A stretch of 64,000 bases of DNA, from positions 40,511 to 104,510 of the forward strand of contig JAGACA010000010.1 in the NCBI GenBank assembly GCA_017614315.1, written 5' to 3'. The position numbers and the translations under genes were made by a program. Under the pieces are notes generated by a model. The model was not told where the DNA came from, searched no databases, and was given only the letters and a program-made list of their open reading frames with translations. This document shows, piece after piece, positions 1 through 10,763 of this stretch. Each line of letters opens with the position of its first letter. The first letter of the stretch is position 1. Source of the DNA: Clostridia bacterium (GTDB taxonomy: Bacteria > Bacillota > Clostridia > Christensenellales > CAG-138).

Positions 1-831
1 CTGAGCGTTCATAAGGAATTCGCCGAAGAGCTTCCTTTCGCCGGTGGCGGGGTTCCTCGTGAAAGCGACGCCGGTACCGGAATCGTCGCCCATGTTGCCG
101 AAGACCATGCTCTGGACGTTGACGGCGGTGCCCCAGCTGGAGGGGATGTCGTGCATACGGCGGTAAACGATGGCGCGGGGGTTGTCCCAGCTGCGGAAGA
201 CGGCCTTGACCGCCTCAAGGAGCTGTACCATGGGATCCTGCGGGAACTCCTCGCCCTTTTCGATCTCATAAAGAGCCTTGTACTCGACGATGAGCTCTTT
301 GAGGTTCCCGGCGGTAAGATCCTTGTCGAGGACTACGCCGTTGGCCTTTTTCTTATTTTCAAGAAGCTTCGAGAACTTCTCCTTGTCGATCTCCATAACA
401 ACGTCGGAGAACATCTGGATGAAGCGGCGATAGCTGTCGTAAGCAAAGCGGGGATTATTGGTAAGGCGTGCGAGTGCCTCGACGGTTTCGTCGTTTAGGC
501 CGAGGTTTAAGATGGTATCCATCATGCCGGGCATGCTCGCACGGGCGCCGGAACGAACGGATACGAGGAAGGGATTGTCGACGGAGCCGAACTTCTTGCC
601 CGCCTTCTCTTCTGTGACGGCAAGAGCTTCTTTTATCTGGTCGACTATCTCGTCGGCGATGATCTTGCCGTCCTCGTAGTACCTGGTGCAGGCCTCCGTG
701 GTGACGGTGAAGCCGTAAGGTACGGGAAGACCGAGCGTCGTCATCTCGGCAAGGTTAGCGCCCTTGCCGCCGAGAAGATTGCGCATGCCGGCGTTACCTT
801 CATTAAAGAGGTAAACGTACTTTTGTGCCAT
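1..831 (-). CDS. ppdK: pyruvate, phosphate dikinase, N-terminal 277 codons (gene continues past window start)
   Basis: Not in the ORF track because it runs off the edge. My own reverse-strand translation from the ATG at 829-831 reads MAQKYVYLFNEGNAGMRNLLGGKGANLAEMTTLGLPVPYGFTVTTEAC...FTRNPATGERKLFGEFLMNAQ, the conserved PPDK N-terminus. GGAGG RBS at 839-843. Confidence 0.9.
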   Translation of the reverse strand, partial: MAQKYVYLFNEGNAGMRNLLGGKGANLAEMTTLGLPVPYGFTVTTEACTRYYEDGKIIADEIVDQIKEALAVTEEKAGKKFGSVDNPFLVSVRSGARASMPGMMDTILNLGLNDETVEALARLTNNPRFAYDSYRRFIQMFSDVVMEIDKEKFSKLLENKKKANGVVLDKDLTAGNLKELIVEYKALYEIEKGEEFPQDPMVQLLEAVKAVFRSWDNPRAIVYRRMHDIPSSWGTAVNVQSMVFGNMGDDSGTGVAFTRNPATGERKLFGEFLMNAQ

Positions 832-1089
832 AGTAATTCCTCCATATGTGATTCATAAGATTAACGATTGAAATTCCTGCGACGGAACACTTTATTATAA
901 TACAAAGTCCCCGAGTATTCAAGTCCTTAAGATAAAAAATCGTGCGTTTTTTCGCTTCGCAGCCCGATACCGCGCTGCATTTCACTGAAAACTGTTTTGA
1001 TTCGACAGAATATATCATTTTGCAAGGCAGGAAACCCGACATATTTGTAGAATAAAAACAACAATTCGTTTTGTGAGGTACATATCCGG

Positions 1090-2895
1090 ATGGCTTTCCC
1101 CGACGCCTGGCTTTCCGAGCTTTTAAGCAAAAACGACATAGCATCCGTCATTTCGGAATATACAGAGCTCAAGCCCAAGGGCGGCAGACTTTGGGGACAC
1201 TGTCCTTTTCACACAGATAAAACTCCTTCTTTTTCGGTATCTCCCGACAAACAGCTTTTCCACTGTTTTTCATGCAAGGCCGGCGGCAGCGTGATCCAGT
1301 TCGTCATGCAGGCCGAGAACCTTTCGTATTTCGACGCTGTACGTCACCTCGCGTCGAGGGCGAATATGGACATGCCCGAAGAGATCAACGACAGGAAGCT
1401 CATAGAACAGAAGCATCTTCGCGACCGCATCTACGAGGCGAACCGCGAGGCCGCGAATTTCTATTTCCGAGAGCTGTTTTCCGAAGCTGGCGGCGGCGCG
1501 CGCAGATATCTTGAAGCGCGGGGCGTGAACGCCGATACGGCAAAGCGCTTCGGGCTGGGCTTCTCCCCCGACGGGTACGACGTATTGTATAAGTACCTTT
1601 CCGAAAAGGGCTTTTCGCGGGACGTGCTTTTGAGCGCGGGGCTCGTCATCAAAGGCCGCAAGGACGAATCGAAGACTTACGATTTCTTCCGCGGCAGGCT
1701 CATGTTCCCGGTCGTTTCCGCTTCCGGCAAGGTCATCGCTTTCGGCGGAAGGACCATGGCGAACGAAGAGCCGAAATACATCAACACCGGCGATACGCCC
1801 GTCTACAACAAGCGCGAAAACATATACGCCATAAACCTTCTTAAGGGCAAAAAGCTCGACGATATAATCATCGTCGAGGGTTACATGGACGTTATCAGCC
1901 TGCATCAAGCTGGAATAGAAAACGCAGTGGCGTCGCTCGGCACGGCGCTAACGAGCCAACAGACGCGTCTTTTGAAACGGTACGCCTCGAAGATCTATTA
2001 CGCCTATGACGGCGACGACGCGGGACAATCCGCGATGATCCGAGGCATAGACATACTGAGATCTTCCGGCATGGAACCTCGAGTGATAGTCATCCCGGGC
2101 GGCAATGATCCCGACGAATACATAAAGGCCTTCGGGCGCGATGATTTTCTCGTCTTAAAGGACGCGTCCATCACCGGCGTACAGTTCAAGCTTTCGAGGC
2201 TTGCCAAGCAATGCGGGATCGACACGGCCGACGGCAGACAGCGGTTCGCGGTCGAGGCTTGCTCCATGATTTCGAGGCTCGATCCCGTTGAGCGCGACAG
2301 GTATATCCCCTATGTTTCCGAAACGAGCGGCCTTTCCGCCGCAACGATCCGCGAACAGTGCGGGGTCGACCTGAAAACCGCCTCCGACACTGCAGGAGCC
2401 GATCCGGCAGGACGCAAACGCTATATGGGCTTCAAAAAGCCGAAGCGTGATGACGAAAGGACGCTTTCCGAAAGAAAGCTGTTATCCTGTATAATGAGAT
2501 CCGCGGACGACGGCCTATTGATATCGAAGAGCAAGCTGTTCTCGCTCATGCTGTTCACTTCGGATGCGATGCGCGTTTTCGCTGCAAAGCTTATATCCGA
2601 TTACGATTCCGGCAAAAAGGTCAATATCCCCCTTATGCTCGCAGGTCTTGACTCCGACGGTTCGGAAGATATCTCCGACGCCTTCTCCTCGATCGACAGC
2701 ATTTCGGATCCCGTTTCCTGCGCTGAGGATGTAATGCTGAATCTTACCGTACGCACGCTCAAAGACGAAATATCCGAGCTTTCGAAGAGCTCTGCAAACG
2801 CTTCGACAGCCGAAGAAAAGGATCGTCTGATTCGCGAATATAAAGAGAAATACGCCTTCCTTCAGAATCTTTTGAAGAAGAACGGAAGAAAATAA
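1090..2895 (+). CDS. dnaG: DNA primase
   Basis: CHC2 zinc finger (CPFHTDKTPSFSVSPDKQLFHCFSCKAGG) and TOPRIM region (IIVEGYMDVISL...YYAYDGDDAG). Sits directly upstream of the sigma-70 gene, the classic dnaG-rpoD arrangement. Confidence 0.93.
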   Translation: MAFPDAWLSELLSKNDIASVISEYTELKPKGGRLWGHCPFHTDKTPSFSVSPDKQLFHCFSCKAGGSVIQFVMQAENLSYFDAVRHLASRANMDMPEEINDRKLIEQKHLRDRIYEANREAANFYFRELFSEAGGGARRYLEARGVNADTAKRFGLGFSPDGYDVLYKYLSEKGFSRDVLLSAGLVIKGRKDESKTYDFFRGRLMFPVVSASGKVIAFGGRTMANEEPKYINTGDTPVYNKRENIYAINLLKGKKLDDIIIVEGYMDVISLHQAGIENAVASLGTALTSQQTRLLKRYASKIYYAYDGDDAGQSAMIRGIDILRSSGMEPRVIVIPGGNDPDEYIKAFGRDDFLVLKDASITGVQFKLSRLAKQCGIDTADGRQRFAVEACSMISRLDPVERDRYIPYVSETSGLSAATIREQCGVDLKTASDTAGADPAGRKRYMGFKKPKRDDERTLSERKLLSCIMRSADDGLLISKSKLFSLMLFTSDAMRVFAAKLISDYDSGKKVNIPLMLAGLDSDGSEDISDAFSSIDSISDPVSCAEDVMLNLTVRTLKDEISELSKSSANASTAEEKDRLIREYKEKYAFLQNLLKKNGRK

Positions 2896-2929
2896 ACGTT
2901 TATAAACCAAGGAGGTTCTAAATACTGTC

Positions 2930-4234
2930 ATGGAAGAAAAGAACAAGGACCATCTCAAGCTTGTCGACGAACTGATCGAGCGCAATAAGGATAAGGGCGT
3001 GCTGACGTACAAGGACGTCATGGACACGTTTGAGAACGTCGATCTCACTTCGGACAAAATCGAAACGATCTATGATCGTTTCGAGGCGGCGAACATCGAC
3101 GTCGTCGAGGATATCGACATCAACGAGGGGCTTGATATCGACATCTCCGACGTTGATTCCGGCGAGCTCGGCCATCCGAACGGCGAAGGCTCGGGCGACG
3201 CGATCGCGATCGACGATCCCGTAAGGATGTACCTTAAGGAGATCGGCCGCGTGCCTCTTCTTACCAATCAGGAAGAGGTCACAATCGCAACGCGTATGGC
3301 CGAAGGCAAGCCGGCGGAGATGGCCATAGTCAACTTCGTAAAAGCCCAGACGGGAAAGGATTACGAAAGCTTTAAGGCCGCCATAGTCGATCTTGCGAAT
3401 ACCAAGCTCGAAAAGACTTTTAAGGAGAAGGATTACGCTCAGGCGGTCGAGGCGCTCAGCGCGACCGACTGCGCGATCGATCCCGCTACCCTGGAGCTTG
3501 CGGAAGACGGTCAGGATGCGAAGAGCCAGCTTGCGGAAGCAAACCTGCGCCTTGTCGTCAGCGTCGCAAAGCGCTACGTCGGACGCGGCATGCTCTTCCT
3601 TGACCTTATTCAGGAGGGCAACCTTGGCCTTATTAAGGCGGTCGAAAAATTCGATTACCGCAAGGGGTACAAGTTCTCGACTTACGCTACATGGTGGATC
3701 CGTCAGGCAATAACCAGAGCGATCGCAGACCAGGCGAGGACCATCAGGATCCCCGTTCATATGGTCGAGACGATCAACAAGCTCGTCCGCGTCAACCGCC
3801 AGCTCCTTCAGGAGCTCGGCCGCGAGCCCCGTCCCGAGGAGATCGCCAAGGAGATGGGGATCTCGGAGGATAAGGTGCGCGAGATAATCAAGATCGCCCA
3901 GGAGCCCGTTTCGCTCGAGACGCCTATCGGCGAAGAAGAGGATTCACATCTCGGCGACTTTATCGCGGACGACGACGCGCCCGCGCCCGAAAGCATCGCC
4001 TCCTCCTCCATGCTGCAGTCTCATCTCGAAGAGGTATTGCGGACTCTTACTCCAAGAGAGGAAAAGGTACTGAGGCTCCGCTTCGGTCTCGACGACGGCA
4101 AGACCCGCACGCTCGAGGACGTCGGAAAGGAGTTCAACGTTACGCGCGAGCGTATCCGTCAGATCGAGGCCAAGGCTCTGAGGAAGCTTCGTCACCCCTC
4201 GAGGAGCAAGCGTCTTAAGGATTTCCTCGACTGA
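2930..4234 (+). CDS. sigA: primary RNA polymerase sigma factor (sigma-70/SigA)
   Basis: Region 2 ([32 protein letters not shown]) and region 4.2 ([30 protein letters not shown]) signatures, with an acidic N-terminus. Confidence 0.95.
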   Translation: MEEKNKDHLKLVDELIERNKDKGVLTYKDVMDTFENVDLTSDKIETIYDRFEAANIDVVEDIDINEGLDIDISDVDSGELGHPNGEGSGDAIAIDDPVRMYLKEIGRVPLLTNQEEVTIATRMAEGKPAEMAIVNFVKAQTGKDYESFKAAIVDLANTKLEKTFKEKDYAQAVEALSATDCAIDPATLELAEDGQDAKSQLAEANLRLVVSVAKRYVGRGMLFLDLIQEGNLGLIKAVEKFDYRKGYKFSTYATWWIRQAITRAIADQARTIRIPVHMVETINKLVRVNRQLLQELGREPRPEEIAKEMGISEDKVREIIKIAQEPVSLETPIGEEEDSHLGDFIADDDAPAPESIASSSMLQSHLEEVLRTLTPREEKVLRLRFGLDDGKTRTLEDVGKEFNVTRERIRQIEAKALRKLRHPSRSKRLKDFLD

Positions 4235-4243
4235 AAGCATAAT

Positions 4244-4284
4244 AAAAAAGACCCTTCCCGAAAACAGGGAAAGGGTCTTTTTTT
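4244..4284. terminator. bidirectional rho-independent terminator between sigA (+) and the Dabb gene (-)
   Basis: aaaaaGACCCTTCCC-gaaaaca-GGGAAAGGGTCttttttt: an 11-bp GC-rich stem (one bulge) with an A-run on one side and a T-run on the other. Confidence 0.75.
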
Positions 4285-4595
4285 CAGTAGTTGTAATCGA
4301 TTACCGCGCGTTCGGATTTGACCTTCGCGATATAACCCGCGACCTTGACGTGCTCGGGATGATCCCTGTATTCAAGCATGCCGCCGAGATCTTCGAAAGT
4401 GCAGATCAGGCACATATCGAACGACATGCCCGAATGAAGCACATCCTGTCCGATCTCGGCCGAAATAAGGCTCGGCACACGGCCGACAAGACTTAAGAGG
4501 CCGTCTTTAACAATGTCCATGTTCTCCTGTTTGGTATGACCTTCCGCGTTATCGAGGAATCTCCAGAAAACTATATGTTTTAACAAATCCATCAT
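4284..4595 (-). CDS. Dabb (stress-responsive dimeric alpha/beta barrel) family protein
   Basis: LKHIVFWRF...LEYRDHPEHVKVAGYI pattern typical of Dabb domains at about 100 aa. The start is uncertain: ATG at 4595/4592, or TTG at 4586, which has the best spacing from AAGGAG. Confidence 0.7.
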   Translation of the reverse strand: MMDLLKHIVFWRFLDNAEGHTKQENMDIVKDGLLSLVGRVPSLISAEIGQDVLHSGMSFDMCLICTFEDLGGMLEYRDHPEHVKVAGYIAKVKSERAVIDYNY

Positions 4596-4694
4596 CTCCT
4601 TTTCTGTTCCCATTATATACCTGCCGCCTTGTTTGTTTCAAGGGTTTATTTGGGCCCGTCAAAGAAATACTAAAAGATGATAAGGAGAATTAAG

Positions 4695-6998
4695 ATGAAA
4701 CCAGGATCAAAGATAAGATCAAATATCGGACTTATACTCAAGCTTTTTTTCGGTACGCTGCTTTTATCGGTATCCGCGGCGCTGATCGCAGCTTCCGTTT
4801 ATTTCAGGTTCGATCAGTGGCACGAGCTCGATACATCGCTTATATTCGACTGTCCCCGCGCGCTGACGGTTTATGACGCGGACGGAAACGCCCTCTGCGT
4901 GCTCGGTACGGAAAAAAGGATCTGGATCGGTTCAGACAAGCTGAAAAAACATACCGTCGACGCGTTCGTTTCCGCGGAGGACGCGAGGTTTTACACGCAT
5001 ACGGGCATTGACTTATACAGGATATTCGGAGCGGCGTGGGCGGATATAAAAGCGGGAGAATACGTTCAGGGCGCTTCGACTATCAGCCAGCAATTAATAA
5101 AGCTCTCACATCTTTCGCGTGAGAAAACGCTCGACCGAAAGCTCGAGGAAGCAGTGCTCGCTACGGAGCTCGAAAAGCACTATTCAAAAGACGAGATAAT
5201 GGAGATGTATTTGAATTACATCTATTTCGGAGGAGGATTCTATGGGATCGAAGCGGCGAGCATGGGCTATTTCGGCATACATGCCGACGAGCTTTCCGCT
5301 GCGCAGTCGGCTTTGCTCGCCGGAATAATCAAAAGCCCCTCAAACTATGCTCCGCATCTCGATCCGGAAGCCTCGAACGGACGGAAGCTGACCGTTTTGA
5401 GGCTCATGCACGAATACGGATATCTTGACGACGGCGAATACTCCGAAGCATGCGCCGAAGAGATCGTGCTCAAAAACGCTCTTCCCGACAAAATGAACTG
5501 TCTTATCGCGTATGCGCTCGACGAGGCTGCCGAGGAGATGGGTATCGGCAGAGACGAGCTGTATTCCGGGGGGTATTCGGTTTATACGACGCTCGACCCC
5601 GAAGTCAGCCGCAAATGCGAAGAGCTGTTTTCCGACAGCGCGCTTTTCCCTTCGGATAACGCGCAGGCTGCAATGATAGCGATCGGAAGGGACGGAGGGA
5701 TACTCTCTATGATCGGAGGGCGCGGCGAATACCTGCCTGCGTCGGTCAACAGGGCGGTCGAGTCGGAGCGGCAGCCTGGATCGCTGATAAAACCCGTGCT
5801 CGTTTACGCTCCAGCGCTTCAGCTATACGGATACAGCGCGGCGACCGTTCTTAACGATAACCCGACTGATTTCGGCGGGTATTCCCCGAGAAACTCAGAC
5901 GACAGATATTTCGGGAAGGTAACTCTCCGGACTGCCGTTACCAAATCACTTAACATACCGGCTGTCGAAGTGCTCGACAATATGGGGATAGCTGCCGCCG
6001 TCGGTTTTGCTGAAAAAATGGGCGTTTCGTTCGCCCGCGAGCAGGAAGGTCTCCCCCTCGCTCTCGGCGGGTTCACATACGGCGTTTCACCGTTCGAAAT
6101 GGCCGGAGCTTACTCGGCTTTTTCACGCGGAGGTCTTTATATAAAGCCTTTTTCCGTCAGGATGGTAACCGACCGTTTCGGAAACACCGTATACGACGGG
6201 CCGATGACTTTTGAAAGAGTAATGAGCGAGGATAACGCGTTCATACTTACCTCGCTCTTAAAAAGCGTAGTCACCGACGGCACCGGAAAAAGGCTCATGG
6301 GAGCCGGCGTTCCGCTCGCGGCCAAAACAGGTACTTCCGTCGACGAAAACGGCGTGCGCGACGCATGGTGCGCAGCTTATACCTGCGATATAACGGCGGT
6401 CGTCTGGATGGGCACCGATTCAGCGAAGCTCGGGAGCCTTCCAGAGGATGCGGTCGGAGGCAAGTATCCAGCGATGATGCTCGCCGAATTGTTCCGAGAC
6501 TACTATTCCGAAAGGGAATATCGCGAGCCCGAAGCGCCGGGCGGAGTTAAGCTCATTTCGATAGATCTGTCCGAGGAGTCAAATGGACTTGTGTACCTTG
6601 CGGGAGAATATACGCCCGAATCGTCGGCGGTCGACGAATACTTCGCCGAAGGAACCGAACCGAACGAAACAAATCCGTACTGGTCAAGGCCGCCGCAGCC
6701 CGCGGACGTCGGCTGGAGCATCTCGGAAGACGGTTTCCCGACCGTTTCTTTCACATCTGAAAACGAGGCGTATACCTATCTCGTTATACGAACCGATCCA
6801 AGGGGCGATGAATCGACCGTATTCAGCATTACGGGGAAAAAGGGATGCCTGAGCTGTACCGACCGTGACGTGATCCCCGGGGGCATGTATTCTTACCGCG
6901 TCATAGCGGTGCATCCCGAGCTGAAAAACAAGGACGGAACGCCGCTTTGCGGAGAACCGTCCAGAACGATGCGCGTTATAGTGCCGTTTTATTACTGA
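4695..6998 (+). CDS. class A penicillin-binding protein (glycosyltransferase GT51 + transpeptidase) with extra C-terminal beta-rich domain
   Basis: GT51 motifs EDARFYTHTGID, GASTISQQL and RKLEE. Transpeptidase SxxK (GSLIKP) and KTG (AKTGTS). N-terminal TM anchor. Start moved to 4695 (AAGGAG 7 nt upstream). Confidence 0.88.
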   Translation: MKPGSKIRSNIGLILKLFFGTLLLSVSAALIAASVYFRFDQWHELDTSLIFDCPRALTVYDADGNALCVLGTEKRIWIGSDKLKKHTVDAFVSAEDARFYTHTGIDLYRIFGAAWADIKAGEYVQGASTISQQLIKLSHLSREKTLDRKLEEAVLATELEKHYSKDEIMEMYLNYIYFGGGFYGIEAASMGYFGIHADELSAAQSALLAGIIKSPSNYAPHLDPEASNGRKLTVLRLMHEYGYLDDGEYSEACAEEIVLKNALPDKMNCLIAYALDEAAEEMGIGRDELYSGGYSVYTTLDPEVSRKCEELFSDSALFPSDNAQAAMIAIGRDGGILSMIGGRGEYLPASVNRAVESERQPGSLIKPVLVYAPALQLYGYSAATVLNDNPTDFGGYSPRNSDDRYFGKVTLRTAVTKSLNIPAVEVLDNMGIAAAVGFAEKMGVSFAREQEGLPLALGGFTYGVSPFEMAGAYSAFSRGGLYIKPFSVRMVTDRFGNTVYDGPMTFERVMSEDNAFILTSLLKSVVTDGTGKRLMGAGVPLAAKTGTSVDENGVRDAWCAAYTCDITAVVWMGTDSAKLGSLPEDAVGGKYPAMMLAELFRDYYSEREYREPEAPGGVKLISIDLSEESNGLVYLAGEYTPESSAVDEYFAEGTEPNETNPYWSRPPQPADVGWSISEDGFPTVSFTSENEAYTYLVIRTDPRGDESTVFSITGKKGCLSCTDRDVIPGGMYSYRVIAVHPELKNKDGTPLCGEPSRTMRVIVPFYY

Positions 6999-7762
6999 TC
7001 CCTGAACCTGATCGCAAGAGAATGTATCGACGCGTTGTCTATCGACCACGCCATGAACCTGCCCTCCATGTGTTCGCTGGTTTGCGGAACGCTCAGTTCA
7101 AGGCGGAACTCGCTCCTGATGACCGCGGAGAACCCGAAAGCGGTATCGTAGCCGAAAGATAACAGCGAAAGCTCGTTCTCGTCCGTAATGACTTCGAAGG
7201 TGAAAAAGATATCGCAGACTGCGTTCTTCTGAAGCTCCGACAGGAACGGTATCATGACGAAGCCGTTATCGACGGTGAAACGCGCGGGAACGCCGTTTAC
7301 CGTGGCGTCGAGGACGTTGAGAACGGAAACTCCGAATCTTGCATAGCAGAGCGGCGAATCGGTATTGTTAACGAACTGCACTGCGCAGCTGCCCGTGATC
7401 TTCTTGAGCGTCTGTCCGTCCTCGCCTTCCGCGCCGGTAATTTCGAGCGATAACAGTACGAAGCTCATCTCGTCGGAAACGCGGGACGGAGAAGCCGAGG
7501 GGACGTTTTCCGTGGGATCGGGCTCCGATGATGGCGTCGTCGAAACCGAAGACAATGGCTCTGCGGAGATCTCAGCCTGAACAGCCGTCGGCGCGGGGGT
7601 ATTCTCTTCGGGCGGAGTCACAGTACCGGAGCAGGAATTCTTGGAGAAAACGACGATAAGTATCACAACGGCCGCTGTAAAAAGAGCCGAAGCGCCTGCG
7701 GCAATGGCCGGGATGTATTTCCTTATCTTTCTTCTTTTCTCTATATTCGCCATATCGTTCAA
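6992..7762 (-). CDS. hypothetical membrane-anchored protein with Pro/Ser/Thr-rich linker
   Basis: One N-terminal TM helix (IPAIAAGASALFTAAVVILIVVF), then a PST-rich linker and a beta-rich domain. I recognise no family motif. The start is either TTG at 7762 or ATG at 7753. Converges on the PBP gene with a 7-nt overlap. Confidence 0.5.
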   Translation of the reverse strand: MNDMANIEKRRKIRKYIPAIAAGASALFTAAVVILIVVFSKNSCSGTVTPPEENTPAPTAVQAEISAEPLSSVSTTPSSEPDPTENVPSASPSRVSDEMSFVLLSLEITGAEGEDGQTLKKITGSCAVQFVNNTDSPLCYARFGVSVLNVLDATVNGVPARFTVDNGFVMIPFLSELQKNAVCDIFFTFEVITDENELSLLSFGYDTAFGFSAVIRSEFRLELSVPQTSEHMEGRFMAWSIDNASIHSLAIRFRDQ

Positions 7763-7786
7763 AGGGGCGGAACCCTCCGCCCCTTT
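7761..7786 (-). terminator. hairpin downstream of buk (weak terminator candidate)
   Basis: AAAGGGGCGGA-accc-TCCGCCCCTTT, a perfect 11-bp stem. The only U-tract is the TTT inside the stem, so confidence is low. Confidence 0.4.
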
Positions 7787-7795
7787 ATTGATCGC

Positions 7796-8869
7796 TTATT
7801 TACCGACGGAAAACTCGTGCGCTTCTTCCTCGCCCCTCAGGACGCGGAGACCGCCTGCTGCGAGCGCTTCCATTTCATACTCTCCCGCCATAACGTCGAC
7901 GGGAGCGATCCACTCGATCCTCGGTTTGAGCATATCGATGAACAGCTTGGAGTGCGCGAGGCCGCCGGTTATTACAATACGGTCGACCTTGCCGCTGACC
8001 GCCGCAGCGAGCTCTGCTATGCCCTTCGCATGCGAGAGAGCCATCGCTTCGTAGAGCATCCTCGCCTTTTCGTCGCCCGAGGAGATCATGTTCTCGATCT
8101 CGAGGCCGTCGCTCGTTCCGAGATACGCTTTAAGACCCGAATTGCCCCTGATGTAGCGGCTCATCTCTTCCTTGGTGTACTTGCCGCTGTAGCAGAGCAT
8201 GGCAAGATCCATCGCCTGAAGCCTTCCGCACCTCTCGGGAGCGAATCCCGCGTCGTCGTCGGAATAGCAATCGATGAGCCTGCCCTTGTGGGAGAGCCAC
8301 GCGGAGCAGCCTCCTCCAATATGCAGGACGATGATGGTGCAGTCCTCGAGCTTTTTATGAAGATGCTCTTCGGCGCATTTTCTCGCCATAGCGCGGCTGT
8401 TCAAAACGTGACCGCGGCTCTTTTTGGGTATCTCGGGCATGCCCGTGATACGGGAGATCTCATCGAGCTCGTCCACCGCGACGGGATCGTAGACCATTGC
8501 GGGGATACCGAGAGGCCTTGCGATCGCGTCCGCGAGCACGCAGGCAAGATTAGAAATGTGCGTGTCGACCTTGGCGGCGTAGAAATAGTCTATCATCGCC
8601 TTATTGATCCTGAACGCGCCCGAAGGCACGGGAGGAAGAAGTCCGCCGCGCGCCATAACGCAGGTCAGGGTATCCTTCTTTATCCCGTTTTCCTCAAGAG
8701 CCTTGTCGATGAGCGCCATGCGGTAATCGAACTGATCCATGACCCACTTGAAGTGTTTGACCTCTTCGAGGGGATGGCGGACCGTGACTGCCATTATGCG
8801 TTCGTTATCGTCGAATACGGCAAGCTTGGTAGATGTGGAACCGGGGTTTATGACAAGAATCCTCTCCAT
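7796..8869 (-). CDS. buk: butyrate kinase
   Basis: RILVINPGSTSTKLAVFDD N-terminus of the acetate/butyrate kinase family, 357 aa, immediately downstream of ptb. Confidence 0.92.
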   Translation of the reverse strand: MERILVINPGSTSTKLAVFDDNERIMAVTVRHPLEEVKHFKWVMDQFDYRMALIDKALEENGIKKDTLTCVMARGGLLPPVPSGAFRINKAMIDYFYAAKVDTHISNLACVLADAIARPLGIPAMVYDPVAVDELDEISRITGMPEIPKKSRGHVLNSRAMARKCAEEHLHKKLEDCTIIVLHIGGGCSAWLSHKGRLIDCYSDDDAGFAPERCGRLQAMDLAMLCYSGKYTKEEMSRYIRGNSGLKAYLGTSDGLEIENMISSGDEKARMLYEAMALSHAKGIAELAAAVSGKVDRIVITGGLAHSKLFIDMLKPRIEWIAPVDVMAGEYEMEALAAGGLRVLRGEEEAHEFSVGK

Positions 8870-8878
8870 AGCAGATCC

Positions 8879-9775
8879 TCAGCTTACGAAGCCGGCGCCG
8901 AGAGCGAGGGAATAATACTTTTCCTCCGCACTGGAACCGCGGGAAGCGAGAACGATGGGGACCTTGCAGCCCATTATGAGACCGGCCATCCTGCCGCCCG
9001 CCGTATAGACGAGGGACTTGCCGAGTACGTTTCCGACGACGATCTCGGGAACAAGGAGGATATCGAAATCGCCGGCGCAGGGACATTCATAACCCTTGAT
9101 CTTGGAAAGCTCGGGGACCATGGCGAGGTCGTATGAGATCGGGCCTTCGATGTAGCAGCCGGGGATCTCGCCCGAGAGGCTCATGCGCTTGAGCTCCGCG
9201 GCGTCGACGGTCTCCTGCATCTTGGGATTAATGGTCTCGATAGCGCAGAGAGCCGCGATATTGGGCTTCTCATAGCCGAGCTTATGGAAGAAATCAACGG
9301 CGTTGTTGACGATCTTGATCTTCTTTTCGAGGTCGGGATAGGTGCACATGCCGCCGTCCGTGACGCAGACGAGCTTATGATAGCCGGGGATCTCGACCAT
9401 CATGCAGTGGCTCATGAGCGAACCGGTGCGGAGCTCCGCTTCGGGATCGAGCACGCCCTTGAGCATGGTACCGGTCATAATCTTGCCCTTCATAAGGAAG
9501 TCTGCCCTGCCCTCTTTGATAAGCTTTGCGGCGCATACGCTGGGGTGCATCCCCTCGGGGACCTCGACGATCTCGAACTCCTTCGGATCCTGACCGAGAG
9601 AGACGAGGACCGCCTCGATCTTATCCCGTTCGCCGACGAGAACGGAATCGACAAGATCCTTCGCGTGGATAACGGCTTCAAGGGCATGCGCATCGTCGGC
9701 GCATACGAGCGCAACGGTGCGGCGTTTCCCGGTCTTGACCTTTGCAACGAGCTCATCAAAAGTTTTAATAGCCAT
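8879..9775 (-). CDS. ptb: phosphate butyryltransferase
   Basis: 298-aa phosphate acetyl/butyryl transferase family member (FDELVAKV...VALVCADDAHALEAV...MKG...). Forms a ptb-buk pair with a 9-nt gap. Confidence 0.88.
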   Translation of the reverse strand: MAIKTFDELVAKVKTGKRRTVALVCADDAHALEAVIHAKDLVDSVLVGERDKIEAVLVSLGQDPKEFEIVEVPEGMHPSVCAAKLIKEGRADFLMKGKIMTGTMLKGVLDPEAELRTGSLMSHCMMVEIPGYHKLVCVTDGGMCTYPDLEKKIKIVNNAVDFFHKLGYEKPNIAALCAIETINPKMQETVDAAELKRMSLSGEIPGCYIEGPISYDLAMVPELSKIKGYECPCAGDFDILLVPEIVVGNVLGKSLVYTAGGRMAGLIMGCKVPIVLASRGSSAEEKYYSLALGAGFVS

Positions 9776-9828
9776 TTAAGTATCCTCCTTAAGCTTTCCG
9801 ATCGTTACGACCGAACTTTTACAGCTAT

Positions 9829-9857
9829 ATTTTACTATGTTTTTCTTTATATGGCAA
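9829..9857 (-). promoter_or_regulatory. sigma-A-like promoter for ptb-buk
   Basis: Reverse strand reads TTGCCA-17 nt-TAAAAT, about 50 nt upstream of the ptb ATG. Confidence 0.45.
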
Positions 9858-9875
9858 CATTCTGCCAAAGTATAT

Positions 9876-9904
9876 TTGCTATTTTGAACCGAACGTTATA
9901 TAAT
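9876..9904 (+). promoter_or_regulatory. sigma-A-like promoter for ecfA1-ecfA2-ecfT-truA
   Basis: TTGCTA-17 nt-TATAAT, 32 nt upstream of the ATG at 9936. Confidence 0.45.
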
Positions 9905-9935
9905 ACTTTGATTTATTATGTCAAGAAGGATGATC

Positions 9936-10763
9936 ATGCTTTCCTTAAAGAACGTCAGCTTTTCATATGAGAGCGGTTCGGACGCCGTAAAGAACGTTTC
10001 CCTCGAGATCGGCGATGGCGAATTCATTGCGATCGTCGGTCACAACGGCAGCGGCAAGTCCACCCTCGCCAAGCTTTTGAACGGCCTGCTCCTGCCGACC
10101 TCTGGCACGGTCACGGTCAACGGGATGGATACGTCTGACGACGACAGGATACTCGATATCCGCCGCCACGTCGGAATGGTGTTCCAGAATCCCGACAATC
10201 AGATCGTTACCACCGTTGTACGCGAGGACGTCGCATTCGGCCCGGAGAATCTCGGTATCCCCACCGACGAGATAGTGACGCGCGTCGACAGCGCGCTTAA
10301 GGCCGTCGGCATGGAAAAATACGCCGAGTCGGCTCCGCATATGCTTTCGGGCGGTCAGAAGCAGCGTATCGCGATCGCCGGCATGCTCGCGATGGAGCCC
10401 GAGATACTCGTGCTTGACGAGGCGACGGCGATGCTCGACCCGATTGGCCGAAAGGAGATCATCGGCATCGTACGAAAACTTAACGAAGAAAAAGGCATCA
10501 CTGTGATAATGATCACGCAGTACATGGAAGAAGCCATCGGCTGCGAACGCGTTATTGTAATAAACGACGGAAGCATCGTAATGGACGATACGCCGCTTGC
10601 GGTTTTCAAAAGAGGCGACGAGCTGCGCTCTATCGGGCTCGACGTTCCAGCTGCGGTGGAGCTTCGCGAGATGCTGAAGACAAGGGGTATCGCCGACTGC
10701 GGCGATGCGATGACGATCGAGGAATTGACGGATAAGCTATGCCTATCGTTGTTGAAAAACTGA
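9936..10763 (+). CDS. ecfA1: energy-coupling factor (ECF) transporter ATPase 1
   Basis: Walker A GHNGSGKST, ABC signature LSGGQKQRIAIA and Walker B ILVLDEATAMLD. First of two tandem ATPases followed by ecfT. Confidence 0.9.
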   Translation: MLSLKNVSFSYESGSDAVKNVSLEIGDGEFIAIVGHNGSGKSTLAKLLNGLLLPTSGTVTVNGMDTSDDDRILDIRRHVGMVFQNPDNQIVTTVVREDVAFGPENLGIPTDEIVTRVDSALKAVGMEKYAESAPHMLSGGQKQRIAIAGMLAMEPEILVLDEATAMLDPIGRKEIIGIVRKLNEEKGITVIMITQYMEEAIGCERVIVINDGSIVMDDTPLAVFKRGDELRSIGLDVPAAVELREMLKTRGIADCGDAMTIEELTDKLCLSLLKN